A stretch of DNA of 63,742 nucleotides, counting the filler, from Conidiobolus incongruus B7586 (lineage: Eukaryota): the NCBI GenBank assembly GCA_000697335.1. It is 8 parts of 8 records of this genome, joined end to end, with 100 filler letters (N's around TTAATTAATTAA, not from the genome) between each part and the next. Parts side by side here need not be neighbours in the genome. Positions count along the whole stretch, not along the records: positions 1 to 15,836 come from JNEM01006189.1; 7 more parts are not named here. One strand, 5' to 3'. Every line of letters starts with the position of its first letter. The first letter of the stretch is position 1. Position numbers and translations under genes: made by a program. Shown one piece after another: positions 1 through 11,290 of this stretch. Below the pieces are notes generated by a model. That model was not told the origin of the DNA and did not search any database. It was given only the letters and a program-made list of their open reading frames with translations.

Positions 1-1056
1 ATATAATATATATATTAACAATTATAATCCTAATCTCAGAAAAAATAAATAAAACTTAAAATCAGTAAAAATTGAAAAAAAAGTTAAAACGAAGTTAATT
101 AGTTAAATATATTTTATTTATATGATAAAATTAACTTTAAATATATAAAACATTTTATCAATTTAGAATGAAATATATTATAAAGAATTATATAAGAATT
201 TTGAGAATTATTTTTTTAACACTTATATAACTAATATTAAAGCAATCTGATTATTATTTATTTGAAATAAAAATATATCTTTTAATATATTTTTTACTTG
301 ATTAAAAATTTATAAAATAATGGTTAAAATTAGTTTTTTAAATTAATAAATTTTAAATAGTTTTATTTTAACATCAGAGTAATTCATTTAGAGAAAAATA
401 ATTATTTCAAATAACCATTATCTTAAACAACTACTTGAAAATTTTAAATAATTATAAAAGATTTAAGTTTTAATAATAAAATAAAGGAATTTTGGTGATC
501 ACTATTTTAAATAAAATTAGGTTAAATAATAATATTTCAAAAGATAATTTTTTAAGAAAAACGTCATACTTTTAAATATGTATAGAAATTAAAAACTATA
601 TATTTTCCTATATATTGTGTATTTTTTTTCTAAAACTAATACTATGTTTGAAAAATTAGAAATTAAAAATTTTTTTGTTTTTTTGATTCTAAAATAAAAG
701 ACTCAAAACTATTAATATATCTTTTCCACATAGAATATAGTAAACTTTATAGAAATCATATATTTCCTTTTCAAAATTCGATATATATATATATATATAT
801 AACATCAATATCAAACGACTGTATATTATTTTTGAAAAATCTAGTTAACTTCATAATAATATGGAGTATTAAATTCAAAATAAGAAATAACATATTAAAA
901 TTATTAGTTATATTTCCATAATTTTTATTAGAATAAAATTAAAATTTCATTTTAAAATATTGCAAAAATTATGAAATATATAGAAATATGATTTATAGGT
1001 CATATTCAAAGAGTTACATAAAAATAGTTTGCTAATTTATGGATATAAGGTATAGT

Positions 1057-1545
1057 CTACAAGTAAAATAATGTGCTAACCTCCTGCAATAATGTTAAGG
1101 GATCAGTTTCGTATACGATAGCGCCAAGCTCCAAAATGTCTTCAGCGATCATTTGTTCAACTTGGGCAATATCTTCAGGAAGTGGTTGAGAATACTTGGG
1201 AGATGCTTGTTCCCACCATTGCAGAACTTGTATAGCTTGCTCTTCGGAAAGGTTCTGCAAGCGCTGATAAAAATCAAAAGACAAATTCAAGGAATTTTGG
1301 AAATTGTGAACATCTTCATATAGTTCGTAAATAAACTCTTCTTTGGGAAGCTTGGACAAATCTTGAATGTAGTTATAGGCTTCATCAGCATTAATGTGGG
1401 ATTTAATATCAAAGGGATAGGTCAAGGTAATTGGCTCATTGATAGAAAGTTCTTGGCTGATATCATTTTCGGCATGAAGATTGATAGGCTTTGAAAAAAT
1501 AGAGCCACAAGCTAATAAGGAAGTGATGATAGTAGTGAATTTCAT
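1057..1545 (-). CDS. Small secreted protein, unrecognised family, copy 1 (162 aa)
   Basis: Intronless ORF with signal-peptide-like N-terminus MKFTTIITSLLACGSIFS. Shares blocks with four neighbouring paralogues (N(A/P)(D/E)xxYxxIQxLxK, S(Y/F)DFxxRL, WWxxxxxKYS, DxLELxxIVY). Confidence 0.9.
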   Translation of the reverse strand: MKFTTIITSLLACGSIFSKPINLHAENDISQELSINEPITLTYPFDIKSHINADEAYNYIQDLSKLPKEEFIYELYEDVHNFQNSLNLSFDFYQRLQNLSEEQAIQVLQWWEQASPKYSQPLPEDIAQVEQMIAEDILELGAIVYETDPLTLLQEVSTLFYL

Positions 1546-1636
1546 TTTTGAGTCAAATTTTTATATTTAAAATCCAGTGAAATTCAGTTGATTTATATAC
1601 ATACAATACTCAGTTATATTTTTTCAAAAATATATA

Positions 1637-1664
1637 ATTAAATCATTAATGATAAATAACTGCG
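1637..1664 (-). promoter_or_regulatory. Conserved upstream motif of the secreted family (sense strand CGCAGTTATT...ATGATTTAAT); also at 4706-4733 and 9105-9133
   Basis: The same ~28-bp motif (+ strand core aataactgcg) has its far edge 119, 122 and 145 bp upstream of the ATG of copies 1, 2 and 4, in otherwise unalignable flanks. Confidence 0.55.
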
Positions 1665-3054
1665 AATGAATATTATAGTATATTAATACAAGTAAAATTG
1701 GATGAAATTAAATAACTTTGCTCTTTTGATCGTGTAAGTATATGGTAATATTAATTTTTGCAAGATTTAAACCGAGTGAAACCATTAATTTAGCGAAATT
1801 TTTTATATTTTTAATATATCCTTATATTGATAATCTAAAAATATGAAATTAAGTTATAATAATTGTATTAAGGAATGATAACAAAGTTATTTGTGGCAAT
1901 ATTTTAATCAAGTGAAACTTGAAAAAATATGATATTTTAAATTAATATTTCAAGAAATAACTCAACATTTATGTAATATTTACATGATTATTAATATCTA
2001 TTATGATTGATTTTTCAGTGTATATATTACAATATATTCGAAGGTTATTAAAGATATTGAATTTCTTATCAATTTATATTGAATGAAACTAAAGGATTTG
2101 ACAGCATTCACTTTAATTCAAAAATAATATTCAACTAAAAGTTATCAAATTCACCATTATTTATTGCATGATCACAATTTTTGTCTATTTTTTTCATTAA
2201 TATTTTCAAATTTATCAACCTGTAATAGGGCTTAATTTGTTCCAATACTAGTAAATAATACCTGTAATTTTTATTGACTTATTAGTAGTTATTATAATGC
2301 TGATATTTTGAAATATTTCTAAAATGCTATAGAGATTTCACAAATATTTTAGATTGTATATCGATTATTAGATTGTGTTACTAACTTCAAATTAAAATAT
2401 AATGAACTATAAACAAAATGTAATGGTGAAGATTGAGTTTATACTGACATTTCAATTTATTTACACTTGAATATATAAATCTCTATCAAAAATTCAAATT
2501 TCTTTTATAATGATTTACAATGATTAGTTATAGTATTTTCTTTTTTATTATTTTTTGTTTATTTTAAAATTTATTAACAGTTTTATAATTTTGATACTAT
2601 TCAGTAATAATATTTTTTTACACTAATATAGAGAAAATTCTATTTTAAATATCGACAATTGAATACTAAATATAAAAATTAAGCTTAAGTAATCGCTATT
2701 CATATTGAATCTTGAATTACATTCGAATTGTATTTTTAGATGTTTGAATTGCTATATTTAATCAACTAATCACAAAGAGAATGAAAATATTAAACCGTTT
2801 ATTATCCATTTTTAGCTATAATAGCCTATTAGTTGAATCGATCAAACCCTGAATATATTGATTTTTTACAAATAATAATATATAAGCTTGGGAATCCGAA
2901 AAACCCCTAATTTATATCAAGGTTATAGACCTAAATTCCGATTTAACATAAATTTTTCTTTTTTCTCAACTAAATATCAAGTATTTGGACATTGATCTAT
3001 AATACATTTTAAACTACTCTTAATATTATATAAAAATATCACATTCTATATTAC

Positions 3055-3390
3055 AGGTCTTCTAGAAAGTAGACTTGCAATAAAGATCACGTAGTTTCGA
3101 TAAAACGGGCCAAGGACGACTAACAAGATAATTTAAAGGGTTTTATTAAAATACCGAGGTGCAAGGCTTGGCCCTGATAGAGATGATCCCTGACCGAATA
3201 GGTGCCCAGTGACTGTTATATAGTGTGGTTAGTCCTTTGCCAATGTGTTGAAACACCAATTACTGTTATAGTCTGGAATTTTCCATTGTACAAGGATTGC
3301 ACCTAGTATTTGTGAATGGATTACATTCGGAATCATGACAGACGGTTAAAGTTGAATGGCGAGCGAACCTCCCGATCAGCGACGATTTTA
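3055..3390. ncRNA. Candidate structured RNA or small non-coding element, family unassigned
   Basis: GC-enriched island with no convincing ORF. Complementary segments at 3107-3114/3167-3174, 3149-3164/3297-3311, 3211-3273 and 3274-3285. Confidence 0.3.
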
Positions 3391-4125
3391 TTCTGTTAAA
3401 AAAATACTTTTGAATTTACGTTGATATTTTATTTTAATCTAACTAATTTTAATCTATTAGTAATTTTAATCCATTCAAATTATTAATAAAGATATTATCG
3501 GTTATGACTCATGAATTAGATTTACAATGAAGATAAATTAAACAGAGAAAAAGTTGCAAGATGATGAATATATTATGAATTGATGTTAAAAAATAATATA
3601 TTGACCTCAAAGCCATATAATATTGTTATATATTTATCTAGGTAAGGACTTGTGAGTAATAATCAAATTATTTCTTTCAAACTTGATCTAATAGAGTTTT
3701 GAACACAAAAATAGATTTAAATTCTACCTGAATCAGATTTTAAAATATTATTTACAATTTTAATATTATTCTTAGAATACAATTATAAAATTTATTATCA
3801 TTATTAATATACAATAGCAAAAAATTTGTTAAACAAAACTTTTAATATTTTTTCAATAAAATATAAAAGATTTAAAATTAAAATCATTGTGTTAATACAA
3901 TAAGTATTAGTTAGTTATTATTCATGGAAAACCTGTATATTGGCGAAATCGTTTATTTAATAATTATTCATAATAGAAATAAAAACTGATTGGGGTTAAA
4001 TAGAATGTTCTTATTAATAAATAAATAGTTCACTATGATTATAATAAATAAGGATGTTTTATTAATTTTATTAATATAGAATTAAATAATAAAATATATG
4101 GTAGTTAATAAATATTAACTATGCT

Positions 4126-4611
4126 TTAAAAGTGAAATAATTTGCTAACATCTTCTAACAAAGTGAGAGGGTCAGTTTCGTAAACGATGGAACCAAGTTC
4201 CAAAAGATCTTTAGCGACGGCGTGTTGGAATTCAGTAATATCTTTAAAATCACCTTTGCTGTACTTGAGATTTACTTCATCCCACCATTCAGCAACTTGT
4301 TCCAATTGTTCGTAGGAAAGTTCATTCAAGCGGACATAAAAGTCATAGGATAAATTCAAGAGATTTTGGATGTTATGAACATCTTCATTTAATTCTTTGA
4401 CAAATTGTTCCTTGGAAAGCTTGGCCAAATTTTGAATGTAGTTATAGGCTTCGTCGGGATTGACAAATGGCTTGATATCAATAGGAGAAGTTAAAGGTTC
4501 GTCAACTGAAGCATTTTGACTGGAACCAGCCTTGAGATGATTAATGTTGGTGGGAAAAGCAAAAATAGAGCCACAAGCTAACAAAGAGGTGAAAAAAGTA
4601 GTGAATTTCAT
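4126..4611 (-). CDS. Small secreted protein, copy 2 (161 aa)
   Basis: Paralogue of 1057-1545 with signal peptide and the same conserved blocks, ending IVYETDPLTLL. Confidence 0.9.
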   Translation of the reverse strand: MKFTTFFTSLLACGSIFAFPTNINHLKAGSSQNASVDEPLTSPIDIKPFVNPDEAYNYIQNLAKLSKEQFVKELNEDVHNIQNLLNLSYDFYVRLNELSYEQLEQVAEWWDEVNLKYSKGDFKDITEFQHAVAKDLLELGSIVYETDPLTLLEDVSKLFHF

Positions 4612-6961
4612 TATGGAGTTAAATATTAATATATAGAAATCACGATACTTGTGTTAGATTATATACTATTCAGAGAGTGTACAATATTCCCTTAGATTAT
4701 TAATAATTAATACATTGATGATAAATAACTGCGATTATAAAATTAATTGAATGGACAATTATACAATTAGTAAAAATTATATTATAAATTTTATAATAGA
4801 TTTATAAATGGAACAAGATTATTGGAAATAAGTTGATCCCAAGCAGTGACTAAAGTATCCGACTATTTCAGCTAAAACATTTAATATCTCAAAATAATTT
4901 TAAGTATACCATTTATTTTGTAATAAAATGTAAAATATTATCAAAACAATTAACTACTATTAATTATTTTAAACTTCAGAATTTTATCAACTAGATTTAT
5001 TTAATTCATAAATCTCGTTATTAGTCCATTGTTTTATATTTTTTATTTTTAATTCAATTATCAATTCTAATAAATAACCTGTAAATTATTCAATTGATCC
5101 AATGAAAATAATAGTTACGCAAAATCTATAATTGTTGATTTGGTTAGACTTGTAATAGACTTGGGCTATATTTGTTTTTGAAATAGATTTTTAATTTTAT
5201 AAAACAATATATGATAATTATCATAAAAGAGTAATTTTGAGTATATATAAATCATATATTATCTGATATTCAATTAACATACATCATTATTGAAGAAAAT
5301 AATAAAATATAATAATTTATTACGGTTATTTATTTTATTAACAAAATTTTGACACGTTTAAATCCACTTTACTATGGTGTTCTTATACGAAGACTCAAAA
5401 AATATATTAATCACCATTATAGAGTTTAAATTGATATTTTATTAGTATAACTTAAATAGGTTTATTTATTGGTTGTCATTATTTAATTGAGATAAATTGG
5501 GCTTGAAGACTTAATAATTTATTAATATTGTTTTTCAAATATTTTCAATAAATATTCAGTCGTTGCAAGTAGTTATATTTTAAACTTATGTTGTTCAATA
5601 TAAAATGAGTCATCAATCCATAATGGATAGCATCAATATCTGATATTTTTAGTATTTGTAATATTTTCATCAAAATGCTTTACATTGTTTTAAAATTACC
5701 AATGTTATAGAACAAATTAAATCCATATTGTTATCACTAGAACATACAATATAAATTGAAGCTGTCTAAAATTCAAAACTTTTCCAAACTGATAAAAATC
5801 AACATTTCTCCGAATTACTCGCTAAATTGCTTAAACCAATACTCATCTGATATGGTTGTGTTTTCTTTGAATATTCTGTTTGCTGCAAATAGATAGCTTG
5901 TTATTGGTGAAAATTAACAAACAGAGTTATTTATAGACTGATTGTAAACTATTTCACCTGGGTTTAATTTAATAATTTCTATCAAATTATTAATAATTTA
6001 ATCCGCAAAATAATTATAAAGTCAAATTTAAATCTAATATAACATTTAATTTTATATTATGACAAACATTCAAAATACAAAGTCTAATATAAATATATTA
6101 TCTAACTCTGTGGATGGCTATTTAGCGCTTGATTAATCAAAAATATCCATAGTTGATTAAATTCTACTGTTAAATAGCTAGTTTTGCTCTATGATAAATT
6201 AACCAGTTTTGATCTTATCATATCACAATGATTATTAGAGAAAAGTATATAATATTCAGACTTCATTTTAGCATATATCTAAAATGAAATACTACAAGCA
6301 AAATCTACCTTTGTTTTGTTATTGGTAGTGATTTATTAATATATATTTCTGATTGAAAAGTTAATAAATTATAAAGATATTATTACTTTAGATTTGACAT
6401 TTTATGGTTATATTTTTTTATGCTTCTAGTAATAAATTTACTTTTGAGATATATATTGCTCCCAAATTATACTATTTTAATTATTATACTTACATTAATA
6501 TTAATAATTCAATTTATATTATTAATCACAATTATCAGCTTAAATAATTCCAAGTATCCCAAATCAAATATTTTTTGTTCAAGTAAACAGTCTGAAGATG
6601 TTAAAAAATGAGAACATTCAAAATTAAAATAATTAAAATTACTGAGGTTGAATTATCAATAAAGTATATTTAAAATATAATAAGGTTTTTATTGTATTAT
6701 TATAAATCTTTTAAATAAACAGTAATGATAAATACACTCAATGCAGTTAATAGTATAATAATTGTTAGAATATCACAAGTATTTCATTCATAAAATATCA
6801 TTTTTAAATCTAATCAATTTGGCCGTTGATAAATTACTCAAAGGTATCTTAAAGTGGAATATGAATAACAGTATATTTATTATGAAATGTATTATTTAAA
6901 ATAAGCTAAATACTTTATTATATAATGATATTATTAATTATAATATTCGAAGTTATTAAAT

Positions 6962-7450
6962 CTAATGCTTGAATAAAGAGCTAAAGTAGGTTAACACTTG
7001 ATCAGCATCAGCTTGATAAACAATCTGAGCAAGCTCTAATAAATCTGGGAGAACTAGTTGCTCCAATTGATTTGGATCGGTAGGGAGAGGTTGAGAGTAT
7101 TTGGGAGATACTTTAGCCCACCATTGATCGAGTTTATTCTTTTGCTCAGGAGTTAAATTTTCTAGTCTCTCAGCAAAGTCATAAGAGATATCCAAAACAG
7201 TTTGGACTTGTTCAACAATTTTGTTGACTTCTTTGATGAAAGTGTCCTTGGGAATCTTAGCTAATTGCTGGATTCCATCATAGATTTGTTCAGCATTAAC
7301 ATAAGGTCGAATATCATAATTGGCATCAATGGTATAGTTTTCAGGAAGAGTCAAGTTCTTATTGACATCAGATTGAGCATTTTGATTGATAGGACTAGCA
7401 AAGATGGCACCACAGGCTAAAACGGAAATAGCAATATTAGAGAATTTCAT
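6962..7450 (-). CDS. Small secreted protein, copy 3 (162 aa)
   Basis: Signal peptide MKFSNIAISVLACGAIFA and the family blocks. Confidence 0.9.
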   Translation of the reverse strand: MKFSNIAISVLACGAIFASPINQNAQSDVNKNLTLPENYTIDANYDIRPYVNAEQIYDGIQQLAKIPKDTFIKEVNKIVEQVQTVLDISYDFAERLENLTPEQKNKLDQWWAKVSPKYSQPLPTDPNQLEQLVLPDLLELAQIVYQADADQVLTYFSSLFKH

Positions 7451-8487
7451 TATTAATATTTAATATATTGGTGCTGCTTATTTCATTTCTACATCCTCTT
7501 TATATAACATTCAAAAGAACAACTATAGAGCCAAAGAAATCAATGTTTATTTGATTTACTACTAGGAATATGATCGGAACAATGAAATTAATCCCATTTG
7601 AATAAAAATCAAATCCCTGTGATTTCATAAATTTAATCAACTACGCTATATGTAATATTATTTTTGATTTAAAAATCTATTATCATTTTTAAATAATATA
7701 AGGATATCGATACCAAGGGGCTAAATTCAATAATAATAAATTCATTTTAATATTGGTTGTATGGCATTATTCTATTTGAATCTGAGAAGGGTAAAATTGT
7801 TTCAATAATATCGAATAATAATCATTTTTAAATCCTAATAAAATTAGTATATTTATAGAATATTTTAAAACTTGAAATATTTTATTTTATATTTATAGTC
7901 AGGTATACATTATTATATGTATAGCATTCCTTATTGTGTTATCAATCTCATGAATGAAATAATATAACAGATTTAAACGTTTTTATATCAGTTATATTTT
8001 ATTGACAGTATAAAATTTACATTTAAAATTAAATTGGCTAACGTAGAATATCTCGAAAAAAAAGTTATATATCCGAAAATTCATTATTGACCTTAACATG
8101 ATAAAAATATTGAAATATTATGTTCAAACTTTGAAATAGCAGAGATTTTCCAGGTTTATTATATTTTATGATTAAAAAAAATAAAATTTAGTATTAAAGT
8201 AATTATAAAGATTTTATTTGATACGAAAAAAAGTAGAATAATTAAAAAAATGAATATATTAAAATAGTATTAATTCAGATTTATTTTTAGTTTATTCGTA
8301 ATATTTCTTAGTAAGTTCAATAAGTAAAAAGTGATGAAATTTGATTACAAATAATCGCATATTACTGTAAAAAGTATTCAATTATAGTAATTATTATTTT
8401 TGATTCAATTAACTATCTTTATATTATAATAATTTATTAAATTAATATACATTCATTTTAACAATAAGTAATGAGTTATCTTGATAA

Positions 8488-8988
8488 TTAAGCCGAGGTT
8501 GAGTTTTTCAATAACGAGTTGAAATAGGCCAACACTTGATTAGCATCAGCTTGATAAACAATCTGAGCAAGCTCTAATAAATCTGGGAGAACTAGTTGCT
8601 CCAATTGATTTGGATCGGTAGGGAGAGGTTGAGAGTATTTGGGAGATACTTTAGCCCACCATTGATCGAGTTTATTCTTTTGCTCAGGAGTTAAATTTTC
8701 TAGTCTCTCAGCAAAGTCATAAGAGATATCCAAAACAGTTTGGACTTGTTCAACAATTTTGTTGACTTCTTTGATGAAAGTGTCCTTGGGAATCTTAGCT
8801 AATTGCTGGATTCCATCATAGATTTGTTCAGCATTGACATAAGGTCGAATATCATAATTGGTATCAATGGTATAGTTTTCAGGAAGAGTCAAGTTCTTAT
8901 TGACATCAGATTGAGCATTTTGATTGATAGGACTAGCAAAGATGGCACCACAAGCTAAAACAGAAGTAGTAATAGTAGAGAATCTCAT
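8488..8988 (-). CDS. Small secreted protein, copy 4 (166 aa)
   Basis: Core nearly identical to copy 3; N-terminus identical to copy 5. Confidence 0.9.
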   Translation of the reverse strand: MRFSTITTSVLACGAIFASPINQNAQSDVNKNLTLPENYTIDTNYDIRPYVNAEQIYDGIQQLAKIPKDTFIKEVNKIVEQVQTVLDISYDFAERLENLTPEQKNKLDQWWAKVSPKYSQPLPTDPNQLEQLVLPDLLELAQIVYQADANQVLAYFNSLLKNSTSA

Positions 8989-10801
8989 TGTGAATTAAAT
9001 TGATTTGAATTGAATACTAAATAATTGAGGCTTCAGACGACCGCTTAAATACTTATCAGTCATAATGTATATCCTGTTTACATTTATACTATCATTTCAA
9101 ATATATTAAATCATTGATATTCTAATAACTGCGCTCTGAGAATCATAATGATGGGTAAATTTAATTCGCTTATTTCATCAAATGTGTTTTGATCCAAAAA
9201 TTCAAGAACCTTCAAATTGCGGAGTAAAAATTGATCCAAATATACAATTATCAACCATCAATGAAATCATATTTCCAAATTTGGTTGAGCTGTAAAATAG
9301 AAAAACAGCAATTATGGATGCGTAAATAAAAATACTAAGAAAATTTTGGATTAATTCTAGGCTCAGTTTATAATCTATATATATTTAGAAAAATATTTCT
9401 AATTGATTTGTAATAGGTTTAAGAAAATTTATAATATTATTACGATTAATAATTGTTTTTTATTTTTGCTTGAAAATAAAAGATATTCCAGTGGATATCT
9501 CATGAACAAACATTAGAAAAAAATATGTAACATACTCTAGAAAATATCAACATTTTTAAAGTCTGTAATTTTAGAATTATTTTTCATGAGTTTGGAAGAT
9601 ATTATTATATGATATAAGCTCTTAGAGAATATATAATGTAATTGTTTCATGAAGTTATCAATATATCTAATATCTTTAATATTCAAAAAATTGAAAATAA
9701 TATTATCATGATGTGAACATAAATCGCATTATACAATAATATAAAATTGTTAATACTTAAAATATATTAAATTACTCTAAATAGTTTTCATTTACAAAAA
9801 TAGTACTATTCGATTCATTGGTGTTATAAATGCATTCACAATTTAGCTATATTAAATACATACAATTCATAGTGGATTGTAGGATAAAATATTTCAAAAA
9901 TATATATCTTGTTATATATCAATCAAGTGAATAATATTATACATCATTTTATCTCACAACTAACTCAAATTCAAGTGTTATATGTATCAATTTCCAAGAT
10001 TATAAAATTTGAATATACTCATTGACATAATAAATAAGTGATAAACATTTTTTGAATGATATTTGGATAATAATGAGTACTAGTATATTGCATTATATAA
10101 ATTTAAATTGTACTCAATAGCTCTTTCATTAAATAATAATATATGTCCAAAAATCTTTATTTAATATTAATTTAGATTTTATTCATTTTATTACAGAATA
10201 AATATATAGTTGATTCAAAGCATTCATAATATCCTAGTTGGCATCATCCGACTCTAGCATTATACACTTTATGAAATACCAATACTATAATTTTGAAACT
10301 ACGTTTGAAAAATGAATCAAGTTCTATTCCAGACCTCAGTCACATCTCTCAATACCAATATTTTTCGATGATTAAGTTATAATTAAAAGGACATATAATT
10401 AATACCACTGAATTCATATAACCAAGTTACAAAATGATTAAAATTTATTAAAAGCTCATTTAATAAAAAATTATCAAATATATTCCAAATATTGGTTACT
10501 TATAAATCAATTAAAATTTGCTATTGATGTATTTCCCCCACAATATCTGTGCAAGTAGAATATGATCTTAGTTTTAAAGTGCAAAGCACATAGTATTTTA
10601 AAATGAATAAATCATACTTGTTTTTGATTTCATTTTACTTGATTTCGCGAAATAATAATTCCTCAGAAAAATATCAAATTATAAACTGGTTAATAATATA
10701 TACAAAATAGTTAATGATATTATAGGAATCAGATCAAAAAGTATAAAAGAGGAGAATATATACCAAATCAAAGATATCATCAAATATAATTTTAATTCAC
10801 A

Positions 10802-11290
10802 ATGAGATTCTCTACTATTACTACTTCCGTTTTAGCTTGTGGTGCCATCTTTGCCAGTCCTATCAACCAAAATGCTCAAACTGGTGTCAATAAGAACTTG
10901 ACTCTTCCTGAAAACTATACCATTGATACCAATTATGATATTCGACCTTATGTCAATGCCGAACAAATCTATAATGGAATTCAGCAATTAGCTAAGATCC
11001 CCAAGGACACTTTCATTAAAGAAGTCAACAAATTTGTGGATCAAGTCCAAACTGTTTTAGATATCTCTTATGACTTTGCTGAGAGACTAGAAAATTTAAC
11101 TCCCGAACAAAAGAATAAACTTGATCAATGGTGGGCCAAAGTATCACCCAAGTACTCTCAACCTCTCCCTACCGATCCAAATCAGTTGGAAAAATTAATT
11201 CTTCCAGATCTATTAGAACTTGCTGAGATCGTTTATCAAGCTGATGCTAATCAGTTGTTAAAACAATTCAACACCTTATTTAAGCAATAA
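10802..11290 (+). CDS. Small secreted protein, copy 5 (162 aa), inverted relative to the others
   Basis: Family paralogue. TATA-like gtataaaaga at 10741-10750. Confidence 0.9.
   Translation: MRFSTITTSVLACGAIFASPINQNAQTGVNKNLTLPENYTIDTNYDIRPYVNAEQIYNGIQQLAKIPKDTFIKEVNKFVDQVQTVLDISYDFAERLENLTPEQKNKLDQWWAKVSPKYSQPLPTDPNQLEKLILPDLLELAEIVYQADANQLLKQFNTLFKQ

Noticed and set aside
3170..3200. Hammerhead core (ctgatag), U3 box-A-like tcagggatcatctctat on the minus strand, TPP riboswitch
   Set aside because: Required partner motifs (CUGAUGA plus GAAA, boxes B/C/D, CUGAGA) are absent.
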